64,000 bases of DNA from an uncultured Candidatus Binatia bacterium. Its GTDB lineage: Bacteria; Desulfobacterota; Binatia; Bin18. Positions 47,901 through 56,789 of the stretch are shown here, piece after piece. The notes beneath the pieces were generated by a model, which did no database searches, was not told the DNA's origin, and saw only the letters and a list, made by a program, of their open reading frames with translations. The DNA is taken from NCBI GenBank assembly GCA_965200965.1, contig OZ241744.1, positions 288,001 to 352,000 of the forward strand. The letters run 5' to 3'. The first letter of the stretch is position 1, and each line of letters opens with the position of its first letter. Position numbers and translations under genes: made by a program.

Positions 47901-48904
47901 AAGCCGGTCAGGATTGGTGAGTTGTCGTGTTTCACGAGAATGGTCTTGGGAGTGAGATTCCGATGCACCATAGGCGTCTCTGCTTCGTGCAACGCACGGA
48001 GAGCGCACACAGCCCCTCGAGCAAACACCAGCCGAGCTCTCGTCTCCCATGAAACGTCAGACGCGCGCTTTTCGATGCAGGGGGCGGTGGGGTCAAGCAC
48101 CGTGAAGAAAAACAGCTCGCCCGCATATCCCGGCACAGCTTGAAAGGATTCAAGGTAAATGCGCGGTGCCCAGGCGTGCAATTGCAGCCGGTGCAGCGCC
48201 TCGTATTCTCGGCGGGCTTTCTTCTCGGCGTTTGTTTCATTGCTCGCGGACAGGTCATACAGGTGCAGGATTACCCGGTCCTGTCTGGCGGGCTGAATGC
48301 CCTTGTAGACGCGATGAAACCGCTGATCTTTGGGGGTCTGAAGTTCCAGGTTGATATAGCCGGCGAGTCGCCGCAGCGAACCGTCCAGGGCAACAGCGCT
48401 CTTTGGCTCCAGGAAGCGAGCCAGCTTTGTCACTTGCTGAGGAGAAAGCGCGGTTTGGGAGTCAAAATCGAGCGCGGCTTTCCAGTTCTTCAGCGTGTTG
48501 AATTGGACGCCGCGAACAGTTGTCCCCGCAAGCTTCCTCAGCTTGGAAGATTCCTGAGTCAGGAGGAACGCCCCGTCTACATGGGGCAAGGTCGGAACGA
48601 TTTTGCGGAGCGTCGTGCCGATTTTGCGCGCCTTGTTCGTTACTCGTTCAGCCTCCTGATCGGCGAGTTCCATGTGTCTATCCGTCCAATGTTTGACCTC
48701 AATGACCCGGACGCCTGGGGGGCCGATTGCGACAATGTCGATTTCATCGGATTGGAGTTGGTGCGTCATGGAGAAAGCCAGATTCGTCAGCAACACCCAT
48801 TCATCGGTGCCTGCTATGGATTGCAGACGAGACTCCAATTGAGCGAACGCAAGGCATTCGCTCTCATTGGCGGCTGGTCCACATGGAAAGACGGTGACTT
48901 TCAT
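44918..48904 (-). CDS. NERD nuclease - pseudokinase - Ser/Thr kinase - P-loop protein, DndF/Mad6-like
   Basis: EIDIVAIGPPGVRVIEVKHW (NERD); VHRNLTP/LTGFE (degenerate kinase); LGSGGIG, YVAK, HGDISPRN, LTDY (intact kinase); LCGNAGDGKT, AINDG, CxxC.xxxC, HITARELR. Confidence 0.85.
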   Translation of the reverse strand: MKVTVFPCGPAANESECLAFAQLESRLQSIAGTDEWVLLTNLAFSMTHQLQSDEIDIVAIGPPGVRVIEVKHWTDRHMELADQEAERVTNKARKIGTTLRKIVPTLPHVDGAFLLTQESSKLRKLAGTTVRGVQFNTLKNWKAALDFDSQTALSPQQVTKLARFLEPKSAVALDGSLRRLAGYINLELQTPKDQRFHRVYKGIQPARQDRVILHLYDLSASNETNAEKKARREYEALHRLQLHAWAPRIYLESFQAVPGYAGELFFFTVLDPTAPCIEKRASDVSWETRARLVFARGAVCALRALHEAETPMVHRNLTPKTILVKHDNSPILTGFERTKILADSSVASADAPTGEGETTVAPEVRAQGLGVADHRSDVYSLCACLIALFQGRDDETSQQTVETLTKGLAEEPEARVTLQDLESSLSELLGESAPPSTPPPAQFWTEEQSVRFRDNDYRIVTRLGSGGIGTAFKVVQIDRSTKEDLGTYVAKVGHNAETGERVLKAYRLARSHLGQHEALSTIFEIAREWQENNFIALMNWVEGTPLHDSFAGVFTLLAEDHQESGEALAVRWLCTMCEAVDTLHSNGLVHGDISPRNMIVSGGDLVLTDYDFVAKIGEAVTAPGTVLYCSPSYQDKRPASPADDIYALAASFFHVVFDKQPFHYNGAHAKKRGLNWEGVDHTEYPILVNFLNRATHPDPDQRFGSAAEALTALKEAQTETEGEEPQQRMSPSAEGAAGPRVERRENRVEWLRSLLQSYPGSRWGNRETRGLDTEFAAQTYVETALQKALDDAIRKRQVRLVILCGNAGDGKTALLQRLATRLGLGEHTSQKRILEGHLDDGLFIRMNLDGSAAWRGRSADELLDAFLEPFQESRPSEDIAHLLAINDGRLLEWIEACRTETPLTKELYDLLGGKTGVRESHIRFISLNQRSLVGGITRTTGGIETSFLERLLDRLYGGEKASEIWEPCQTCSAQERCEVFRATRIFGPDGLPGMADKAIRSRARQRLFEALQAVHLRGETHITARELRAALVYILFGIHFCDDYHGGSEAPMSYWDRAFFPDSSGRQGEVLRELARFDPALESHPQIDRHLLRASSPDSRTIAPHYEDLSRESARRRAWFEWTEEHIEKSAGEPHALGLAQGRHLRLFRDLPLEKNPQELAELCKRLCDGISRLEDLPPQALDRPGVQLRITPRTPTETAFWVEKPLRAFRLEADLPPETAGLDRLHRQAILLYRYGDRREERLRLGAELFHLLLELSDGYQLGDVSTDDIFTQLSIFVQRLVREDESHIFAWNPMQDEAIYEVAANIKRTESGAQQPIIIRQLPQGD

Positions 48905-49032
48905 CTCCTTGTCTCTGTTCGGTCAAAATAGTTCCTGCCCAGGCTGCTCATGGCCAGAGCCCTAGCACACCAGCCCCCTCTCTGCCAGCCTTTCCCTCTG
49001 CTCCGAAAACAGAAAGCGGCTGCCGCTCAGGG

Positions 49033-49146
49033 GCCGGCCAACTGGCACAACCGCACCCTGTGGACCGGCAATAACCTCGATATTCCGCGAGGCATGAACG
49101 CCGCCTCCGTAGACCTGCTCTACTTGGACCCACCGTTCAACAACAG
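49033..49146 (+). pseudogene. N-terminal fragment of an N6/N4 DNA methyltransferase
   Basis: PANWHNRTLWTGNNLDIPRGMNAASVDLLYLDPPFN matches the GDNL...SVDLIYLDPPF start of beta-class MTases; the rest is missing. Confidence 0.7.
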
Positions 49147-49218
49147 ATATTTCGGAAAAGGACAAGGCCAAGCGGGCCAAGTCCGTCATGGCGAGGGTGG
49201 TGCATATCTGCTACAGCT

Positions 49219-49953
49219 ATGCCCATGCAGGTGATTGGACATCGAGGGGCCGCGGCCCTGGCACCCGAAAATACATGGGCCGGTTTTGACGTGGCGGTCT
49301 CTCTGGGGGTTGACGCGATTGAAACCGATGTACGGGCGACCAGCGACGGAACACTGATCCTGCTCCACGACGAACGGCTGGCCCGGACCACCAACGGTCA
49401 GGGCTTTGTGCGGGAAACGCCGTGGTCGGTGATCAAAACCCTGGACGCCGGGGGCTGGTTCGGGGCCGAGTTTCGCGGGGCCCGGGTGCCGCTGTTTGGC
49501 GAGACCCTGGCCCGCTATGGCCGGCGGGTGCCGCTGATCATTGAGATCAAGCAGCTTGACCTTGAGGTGCGGGTCCTGGAGCTGGTCCGGGAGCAGGGCC
49601 TGGTGGACTCAGTCGCTTTTACCTCGTTCTATTTTCCGGTCGTGCAGAATCTCAAGCTGCTGGCCCCCGAGGTCACGGTCGGCTTTCTGGCCTCTGATGT
49701 GCAGGAGCAGACTGTTGAGCGGGTCCTTGCCGCCGGACTTGACCAGTTCTGTCCTCCGGCCAAGGCCATCTCGCCCGAGCAGGTCCGCGCTTGGCAGGGC
49801 CGGGGGCTGGACATCCGGGCTTGGGGGGCACATGACCCCGAGCTGATGCGGACGGCCATTGCCGCGGGGGTGGACGGCATGACCGTGGATTTTCCCCACC
49901 TGCTGCTCAAAGCCCTGGGCCGCCGGCCACCTCAAGGGCAGGGGAAGGGCTAG
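49219..49953 (+). CDS. Glycerophosphodiester phosphodiesterase (GDPD family)
   Basis: IGHRGAAALAPENT, IETDV, LLHD, IEIK, GVDGMTVDFP. Confidence 0.92.
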   Translation: MPMQVIGHRGAAALAPENTWAGFDVAVSLGVDAIETDVRATSDGTLILLHDERLARTTNGQGFVRETPWSVIKTLDAGGWFGAEFRGARVPLFGETLARYGRRVPLIIEIKQLDLEVRVLELVREQGLVDSVAFTSFYFPVVQNLKLLAPEVTVGFLASDVQEQTVERVLAAGLDQFCPPAKAISPEQVRAWQGRGLDIRAWGAHDPELMRTAIAAGVDGMTVDFPHLLLKALGRRPPQGQGKG

Positions 49954-50576
49954 GAGGAGGACGCGGCGAGCTGTTCCAGCTTGCTCCGGATGCTCTGGAC
50001 GAGGCTTTCGTATGAGGATTTGTTGATAATCCGGTTGAATTGGGTCCGGTAGTTGCGGACCATGCTGACATTTTCAATCACGACATCGTAGATGAGCCAG
50101 CGCCCTTTGACCAAGTGCAAACGGTAGTTCAGAGAGAAGGTTTTGTTCAGCGAGGGGGCTGTCACCCGAGAATCAACCTCGGCATAGGTGCCGTCAATGT
50201 ACTCGCGGTCGAAAAAAAATTCGGTATCTTCGCGGTAATTGTCCAAGGTGCTGCTGTAGGTTTTTTCAACTAAGTCTATGAAAAGGCCGATAAACTCTTC
50301 TCGCTGTTCTTCTGTCCGGTCACGCCAGTGAATCCCCAGGGTTCGTTTGGCAATTTCCCGGGAGTCAAACTGTGGCAGGGCAAGATCACGGACTCTTCTG
50401 ATGCGCTCTTCGCGCTGTTCCGGGTCCTGATAGGCTGGGTCCTGGAGAATGACAATGATCTTCTGCATGGTCGTCTGTATGGCGTTCAGGGGAGAATCGC
50501 CGGCTGAGGCCGGGCCGGGAACAGCCATACCGAGCAGGCCAAGACAGAGGATCAGGGTTCTCCCCACAGTTTTCAT
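49950..50576 (-). CDS. mlaC: Phospholipid-binding periplasmic protein MlaC/Ttg2D
   Basis: Signal peptide; FD...AKRTLG.HW; W.IYDVVIENVSMVRNYRTQF. Confidence 0.9.
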   Translation of the reverse strand: MKTVGRTLILCLGLLGMAVPGPASAGDSPLNAIQTTMQKIIVILQDPAYQDPEQREERIRRVRDLALPQFDSREIAKRTLGIHWRDRTEEQREEFIGLFIDLVEKTYSSTLDNYREDTEFFFDREYIDGTYAEVDSRVTAPSLNKTFSLNYRLHLVKGRWLIYDVVIENVSMVRNYRTQFNRIINKSSYESLVQSIRSKLEQLAASSS

Positions 50577-50602
50577 GCGACCTTCCCCAGCGTCCATCTT
50601 GC

Positions 50603-51385
50603 CTATTCCTCAACCGCGTTGGCCCGCCGTTGCAGATAGCCATCTTGAACCGCCCCGTACAGATCAACCGAGACGAGCTCAACCTGTTCAAAGAGGTCCA
50701 GGTTGAGGGAACGAAAGTTGACCGCGTTGGCGACGGTCAGGCCGCCCTGGCTGGCAAAGACTTCCGGGAAGGGCAGGAGATAGGTCATCGGATTCATCGC
50801 GCTGTCAACGACAAAGCCAAAGGCGTCGCGAACGCTTGAGGGGCCGTAGAAAGGCAGCATCAGATACGGCCCGCTTGAGATCCCGTAGTGGCCGAGCGTC
50901 TGGCCGAAGTCTTCGGTACTCGGCTGCCAGCCGAACAGATCGTCGGCCACGTCAAAAAAGCCGACCCCACCGAGGATCGTATTGACCGCAAAACGGCCGA
51001 CTTCACGGCCGGCTCCGTCAATTTTTCCCTGGAGTGCGCTGTTCACAAAGCGCGGCAGCACGCCCAGGTTTTTGAAGAAACGATCAATGCCGCGCTGACC
51101 CGGCTCGGGAACCACTTCGGCATAGCCGGTCGCCACCGGTCGTAAGACATATTCGTCAAGCTTGAGGTTGAAGGTGAACATGGGCTGGTTAAACGACTCC
51201 CACGGGTCGGAGGGCATCTGGGCTTCATACGGCTCTTGCGGAGTTTGGGCCGGATTTTGGGCAAAGGCCGGAGAAGGGCTGAAGATCAACAGGATGAGGA
51301 GGGGGGCGGTGATGAAGGCGGCAGACAGGCTCTCCCTGTTGACTGTGGCACTGTCGCTGGTATGAGGCCGAGCGGTATGGCGCAT
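50603..51385 (-). CDS. mlaA: VacJ/MlaA family protein
   Basis: DPWESFN, RFAVNT..G..G.FDVA, EDFGQTLG.YG, GPYLMLPFYGPS..RD. Confidence 0.92.
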   Translation of the reverse strand: MRHTARPHTSDSATVNRESLSAAFITAPLLILLIFSPSPAFAQNPAQTPQEPYEAQMPSDPWESFNQPMFTFNLKLDEYVLRPVATGYAEVVPEPGQRGIDRFFKNLGVLPRFVNSALQGKIDGAGREVGRFAVNTILGGVGFFDVADDLFGWQPSTEDFGQTLGHYGISSGPYLMLPFYGPSSVRDAFGFVVDSAMNPMTYLLPFPEVFASQGGLTVANAVNFRSLNLDLFEQVELVSVDLYGAVQDGYLQRRANAVEE

Positions 51386-51392
51386 TGCTTCC

Positions 51393-51896
51393 TTACTCAA
51401 GACCCAGGTCAAACGTGCCGGCTGCCGCCGCGCTGTCGGCTTGGCTGGCCGCGTTCAGGCTGCCGAACAGGAATTGGCCGACGATGTCAAAGATATCGAC
51501 CGGAGGCTCGGTGTGCTGAATCCGGCCCCCCGGGCTGATTGTTTCGGCTGCCGGCCCAATTTCAATCTCAATAAAGCGCTCGCCAATCAGGCCGGCCGTC
51601 TTGATCGCCGCCCGGCTGTCCTGGGGCAGTTGAATATCCGGCTGGATGCTCAGCGTTGCTTGGGCTTTTGTCAGTGTGTCTGTCAAGACCACCGACTCAA
51701 CCCGTCCGATTTCTACCCCGGCCACCTCAACCCGTGCGCCGCTCTGCAAGCCGCCGGCGTCGGAAAACTCGGCCGTGACCCGGTAGTACTGCGTCCCGGC
51801 GAAGCTGACCTGACCAAACTGCAAGGACAGATAGATCAGACCGCCTATGACCAGCACGACCAGCCAGCCGACCAGGAGTTCTGCGTCAAGTTTCAT
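51393..51896 (-). CDS. mlaD: MCE-domain protein MlaD
   Basis: TM anchor; AEFSDAGGL..GARVEVAGVEIGRV; KTAGLIGE. Confidence 0.9.
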   Translation of the reverse strand: MKLDAELLVGWLVVLVIGGLIYLSLQFGQVSFAGTQYYRVTAEFSDAGGLQSGARVEVAGVEIGRVESVVLTDTLTKAQATLSIQPDIQLPQDSRAAIKTAGLIGERFIEIEIGPAAETISPGGRIQHTEPPVDIFDIVGQFLFGSLNAASQADSAAAAGTFDLGLE

Positions 51897-51897
51897 C

Positions 51898-52644
51898 TTA
51901 CTGCGCCTCAATCGGCCCCTGGGTGCGACCGTTTATGAACTGCTGGACGACCGGGTCGGTTGAGTCTTGCAGTTCTTCAGGCGTGCCGGCTGCTACAATG
52001 GAACCCTGATTCAGCATAGCGATATGTGTGGCCAGTGAAAAGACCTCCGGGATATCGTGGCTGACCACAACCGCAGTAAAGTTGAGCAAGCCGTGCAAGT
52101 CAAGAATGAGTTGGTGGATGGTGTTCACCCGAATGGGGTCAAGGCCGGTGGTCGGCTCGTCAAACAGGACGATTTCGGGGTCGGTCACCAGTGCCCGGGC
52201 CAGTGCAGCCCGCTTGCGCATGCCGCCTGACAACTCAGATGGGAATTTTGCATCTACGCCGGACAGGTCAACCTGGGCCAGCCGTTCGTGTACCCTGTCG
52301 CCGATCATGGCTTCTGTCAGGCGCGTTTTTTCGCGCAGCGGAAAAGCGACATTGTCGTACACCGATAGCGAGTCAAACAGGGCCCCGCCCTGGAACAGCA
52401 TACTGAAACGGTCTCGCACCCGGTTCAGGGCACGGCCGCGCAAGGCGCTGAGCTCGACATTATCGACCCACACCCGTCCGCTGTCCGGCCGCAGCAGGCC
52501 GATAAGGTGCTTGAGCAGGCAGCTTTTGCCCGTCCCGCTGCTGCCCACGATCACAAAAATTGTTCCGGTTGGGATCTCAAGATTGATTCCCCGCAACACA
52601 TGCTGGGAGCCGAATGACTTATGCAGGTTGTGAATCCGGATCAT
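51898..52644 (-). CDS. mlaF: ABC ATPase MlaF
   Basis: GSSGTGKS, LFQGGALFDS, LSGGMRKR, DEPTTGLDP. Confidence 0.92.
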   Translation of the reverse strand: MIRIHNLHKSFGSQHVLRGINLEIPTGTIFVIVGSSGTGKSCLLKHLIGLLRPDSGRVWVDNVELSALRGRALNRVRDRFSMLFQGGALFDSLSVYDNVAFPLREKTRLTEAMIGDRVHERLAQVDLSGVDAKFPSELSGGMRKRAALARALVTDPEIVLFDEPTTGLDPIRVNTIHQLILDLHGLLNFTAVVVSHDIPEVFSLATHIAMLNQGSIVAAGTPEELQDSTDPVVQQFINGRTQGPIEAQ

Positions 52645-52650
52645 ATCGTA

Positions 52651-53424
52651 TCAGAACAGCAGTGAGCCGAGGAGATAGTCCCAGACCAGGATCAGCACCG
52701 AGCACATCACCACGGCCTGGGTCGTGGCCAGACTCACCCCCTCAGCCCCGCGCGCCGCATAAAAGCCTTTGAAGCAGCACACCCAGGCCACAATAGCGCC
52801 AAATGAGAACGATTTGTATATCCCGGTCCACACGTCGTGCGAGGTCACCGCACTGGCCATCTGCGAGAAATAGCTGCCAACGCTCACCCCCAGCAGTTGC
52901 ACGCCGACCACATAGCCGCCATAGATACCGACCACGGTAAAGATGCTGCTCAGGATGGGAAAGGCGATCAGGGAGGCTAGAAGAATAGGCACGGCCAGGT
53001 ACTTCACGGGATGAATGGCCATGACCTCAAGCGCGTCAATCTGCTCGGTAATGCGCATGATGCCCAGCTCGGCGGTAAGGGCTGAGCCGGCTCGGGCGGT
53101 AATCATCAGCGACGACAGGACCGGACCAAGTTCAAGAATCAGCGCGAGGCCGACCATCGGGCCGAGCGCCGCCTCGCCGCCAAACCGTCGCAGTGCAATA
53201 TAGCCCTGGAGGGCGATGACCATGCCGGTGAACGCGCCGGTGAAGATAATCAGCAACAGAGAGCGGGCACCAATGAAGTACAGACGGCGGAGCAACTGCT
53301 TGAGCCGCAGCGGGGGCAGGAAAAGATGGGCCAGGACGGTACTCAGAAAGAGCCCCATGCGGCCCATTTCACGCAGGGTTTCCAGTGAGAGCCGCCCGCA
53401 GGCGCGCACCACGGGGGTGAACAT
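52651..53424 (-). CDS. mlaE: ABC permease MlaE
   Basis: ELGPVL, ARAGSA.TAELGIMRITEQIDALEVM, GAEGVS.ATT.AVV. Confidence 0.93.
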   Translation of the reverse strand: MFTPVVRACGRLSLETLREMGRMGLFLSTVLAHLFLPPLRLKQLLRRLYFIGARSLLLIIFTGAFTGMVIALQGYIALRRFGGEAALGPMVGLALILELGPVLSSLMITARAGSALTAELGIMRITEQIDALEVMAIHPVKYLAVPILLASLIAFPILSSIFTVVGIYGGYVVGVQLLGVSVGSYFSQMASAVTSHDVWTGIYKSFSFGAIVAWVCCFKGFYAARGAEGVSLATTQAVVMCSVLILVWDYLLGSLLF

Positions 53425-53640
53425 CAAGGCTCCTTATCTGCCGCTGTTGCCTGTCGAGTCAGCTGGGGAACGGTCCGTCCGGGTGGCAGACTGTATACGG
53501 CGGCGAAACCCCTAGCATAGCCCCAACTTTTCCTCAAGGGAGCGGGCCGGGCCGGGCGGCCCGCCGGCTGCTTGAATATCTTGGCAAAGCGCGCTAACAG
53601 GACATGGCCGTTCGCGTCTGGACTGTGAGGAGGAAGTGTT

Positions 53641-54750
53641 ATGGTCAGTACAGCCGAAACGGCGGGGCAAGCCCGAGAAGAGCCGCACACGGCGAGCAGT
53701 ACAAAATGGGCCCAGTTCCGTACTATCCTGAGGCGTCACCAGGGCGGCAAGCTGCTGTTGATCCTGACCGGCTACCCCGACCCTGACAGTATCGCCTCGG
53801 GTTTAGCCTACCAGTTTTTGGGCGGCGAGTTTGCCATTGAGACCACCCTGCTGTGTTTTCATGAGGTCAGCCACCAGGAAAACCGGGCGATGGTCAAACG
53901 CCTGGAAATTGACCTCGTCCTGTATGACGAGACGTTTGACCTGGAACCCTACGATTTGTATGCCTTTGTCGATACCCAAAAGACGGACACGCCGATTTCA
54001 GATCGCTTGGCCGGCAAAACCTTTGTGTCCTTTGTTGACCATCATAAACGACTTGGCGAGGTCTCGGCCGAGTTTGTCGATATCCGCGAAGATGTCGGCT
54101 CGACCTGTGCCATTTATGTTGAATACCTGCGCGCCCAATACCCGAACGGCCTCGATCCGAGTGAAACCGCTCAAACCCGTCTGGCCACGGCCCTGATGCA
54201 CGGTATTCGGACCGATACGATGGCTCTGCTTGAGGCGACGCGTCTGGAGTTTGAAGCCGCCGCCTATCTGTGGCCGTGCGTCGATCAGGCTCTGCTCAAA
54301 AAGATTTCCGACCAGTCCTTAGCCCCGGCGGTGATGGATATGATCCAAAAGGCGCTGGAGAACAAGCAGGTTTTTGACAGCCTGATCCTGACCAATGTGG
54401 GCTTTGTGCGTCCCGAGCACCGTGACGGGATCCCGCAGGTGACCGAATTTTTACTGCAACGCGACGGCACCGACACGGTCTTGGTCTTTGGTATCGTTGC
54501 CGGCAAAACGGTTGACGGCTCGCTGCGTACCCGCAGCGATACGATCACTCCGGATACGTTTCTGAAGAAAGCCTTTGGCGTGGACGAGTCAAAAAAGAGC
54601 TACTACGGCGGGGGGAATATCAGGGATAAAGGCGGATTCCAGATTCCCCTCGGCTTTCTGGCTCAAACGACCGACCGTGATGGCTTGTACAACATGGCCT
54701 GTGGGGTTATCCAAGAGCGCTTTCTGGAGGCGCTCGGCCGCAAAGAGTAG
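53641..54750 (+). CDS. DHH family phosphoesterase (NrnA-like)
   Basis: [25 protein letters not shown]. Confidence 0.85.
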   Translation: MVSTAETAGQAREEPHTASSTKWAQFRTILRRHQGGKLLLILTGYPDPDSIASGLAYQFLGGEFAIETTLLCFHEVSHQENRAMVKRLEIDLVLYDETFDLEPYDLYAFVDTQKTDTPISDRLAGKTFVSFVDHHKRLGEVSAEFVDIREDVGSTCAIYVEYLRAQYPNGLDPSETAQTRLATALMHGIRTDTMALLEATRLEFEAAAYLWPCVDQALLKKISDQSLAPAVMDMIQKALENKQVFDSLILTNVGFVRPEHRDGIPQVTEFLLQRDGTDTVLVFGIVAGKTVDGSLRTRSDTITPDTFLKKAFGVDESKKSYYGGGNIRDKGGFQIPLGFLAQTTDRDGLYNMACGVIQERFLEALGRKE

Positions 54751-54790
54751 GGTGGGCCTCTCAAACACAGCCGAAACAAAGGAGGGCCAT

Positions 54791-56743
54791 ATGGCAGAAC
54801 ACGAGAGCGGTGAACTGGTCTATGATATTCCGGCCGCAGTCAAGGGACAGGCTGCCATTGACCCGGACACCTACGAGCAGCTGTATCAACGCTCGGTAGA
54901 CGACCCCGAGGGGTTCTGGGCCGAGCAGGCGGACGCCTTTGTGAGTTGGTTCAAAAAGTGGGACACCGTCCTGGAGTGGGATTTTCATACGGCCCAGACC
55001 AAGTGGTTTCTGGGCGGGAAACTGAACGTCTCCTACAACTGCCTCGACCGGCACGTTGAGGCCGGAGCCGGGCGACAAACGGCGCTTATCTGGCAGGGCA
55101 ATGAGGCATCGGAATCGCGCCAACTGAGCTACGCCGAACTGCTGGATCGGGTGTGCCAGTTTGCCAATGCTCTGAAAGCCTTGGGGGTCAACAAGGGCGA
55201 CCGCGTTTGCATCTATATGCAGATGATACCTGAACTGGCTGTCGCCATGCTGGCCTGTACCCGTATCGGCGCGGTCCATTCGATCGTGTTTGGTGCCTTT
55301 TCACCCGACTCTTTGCGGGACCGCATCCAAGACTCGAGCTGTAAGGTCTTGATTACCCAGGATACCGGCTTACGCGGAGCCAAAAACGATATTCCGATGA
55401 AGGCCAACGCCGACGCCGCGGTTGCCGACTGCCCCTCAATTGAAAAAGTTGTGGTCGTGCAACGGACCGCTCACCCGGTGGCCATGCAGGCCGAGCGCGA
55501 CCTGTGGTGGCACGCACTAGTCGCCGAGCAGTCCACCGACTGTCCGCCCGAACACCTGGACGCTGAGGACCCACTGTTCATCCTGTACACCTCCGGCTCA
55601 ACCGGCAAACCCAAGGGCGTGTTACACACCACCGGCGGCTATCTGGTCTACGCCTCAATTACGCACAAATATGTGTTTGACTATCGTCCCGGCGACATCT
55701 ACTGGTGTACCGCGGATATCGGCTGGGTCACTGGCCACAGCTATATTGTCTATGGACCGCTCAGCAATCGGGCCACGACAATGATGTTTGAGGGCGTGCC
55801 CAATTACCCGGACTTTGGGCGCTTCTGGCAGATCGTGGAGCAGCACAAGGTCACTATCTTCTATACTGCCCCGACCGCCCTGCGGGCGCTGATGAAAGAG
55901 GGCGACAGCTGGCCGGAACAATACGCTCTGTCCAGTCTGCGTATCCTGGGCACGGTTGGCGAGCCGATTAAAAGCCCCGAGTGGCACTGGTATTACCGGA
56001 CCATCGGCAAAGAACGCTGCCCGATTGTCGATACCTGGTGGCAGACAGAGACCGGCGGCATCCTGATTACACCCCTGCCCGGAGCGACCAAAACCAAGCC
56101 CGGTTCGGCCACCCGGCCGTTTTTTGGTGCCCAACCCTGCCTGGTCGATGACCAGGGCAAGGAACTCGAGGGCAACGGCGTGTCGGGCAATCTGTGCCTC
56201 AAGTTCCCCTGGCCGGGCATCATGCGGACGGTGTACGGCGACCACGAGCGGTTTCGCCAAACGTATTTTTCCATGTATCCGGGCAAATACTTTACCGGCG
56301 ACGGCTGCCGGCGGGATGAGGACGGCTATTACTGGATTACCGGCCGGGTTGACGATGTCATCAATGTCTCAGGCCACCGCTTGGGGACCGCCGAGGTTGA
56401 AGGTGCGCTGGGCAAACATCCAGCGGTGGCCGAGGCTGCGGTGGTGGGCATGCCCCACGAGCTGAAAGGCCAGGGGATCTACGCCTTTGTGACGCTCAAA
56501 ACCGGCCAACAGTCCTCCCCGGACCTGATACAAGAGTTGATTGCCACCGTCCGTCGGGAGATCGGCCCTCACGCCAGCCCAGACAAGCTCCAGTTTGCCG
56601 AGGGCTTGCCCAAAACGCGCAGCGGCAAGATCATGCGCCGCATTCTGCGCAAGATCGGGGAAGGGGCGCTTGATCAGCTCGGTGATACCTCCACTCTGGC
56701 CGACCCGTCGGTGGTCAATCAGCTGGTGGCCGGCAGACAGTAG
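54791..56743 (+). CDS. acs: Acetate--CoA ligase
   Basis: ATG after AAAGGAGG; [46 protein letters not shown]. Confidence 0.96.
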   Translation: MAEHESGELVYDIPAAVKGQAAIDPDTYEQLYQRSVDDPEGFWAEQADAFVSWFKKWDTVLEWDFHTAQTKWFLGGKLNVSYNCLDRHVEAGAGRQTALIWQGNEASESRQLSYAELLDRVCQFANALKALGVNKGDRVCIYMQMIPELAVAMLACTRIGAVHSIVFGAFSPDSLRDRIQDSSCKVLITQDTGLRGAKNDIPMKANADAAVADCPSIEKVVVVQRTAHPVAMQAERDLWWHALVAEQSTDCPPEHLDAEDPLFILYTSGSTGKPKGVLHTTGGYLVYASITHKYVFDYRPGDIYWCTADIGWVTGHSYIVYGPLSNRATTMMFEGVPNYPDFGRFWQIVEQHKVTIFYTAPTALRALMKEGDSWPEQYALSSLRILGTVGEPIKSPEWHWYYRTIGKERCPIVDTWWQTETGGILITPLPGATKTKPGSATRPFFGAQPCLVDDQGKELEGNGVSGNLCLKFPWPGIMRTVYGDHERFRQTYFSMYPGKYFTGDGCRRDEDGYYWITGRVDDVINVSGHRLGTAEVEGALGKHPAVAEAAVVGMPHELKGQGIYAFVTLKTGQQSSPDLIQELIATVRREIGPHASPDKLQFAEGLPKTRSGKIMRRILRKIGEGALDQLGDTSTLADPSVVNQLVAGRQ

Positions 56744-56789
56744 GAACAGTTCGGCGAGCGGATTCCCCCCTTCGCCTGGCAGCAACAGC

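Noticed and set aside
44918-48904. BREX type 2 (pglW) assignment
   Set aside because: It shares the NERD plus kinase N-terminus, but the C-terminus is a DndF-like P-loop domain, and pglX/pglY/pglZ are absent.
38060-48960. att sites or target-site duplication around the defence island
   Set aside because: No matching direct repeats found by eye at the two ends, and no copy of the tRNA 3' end.
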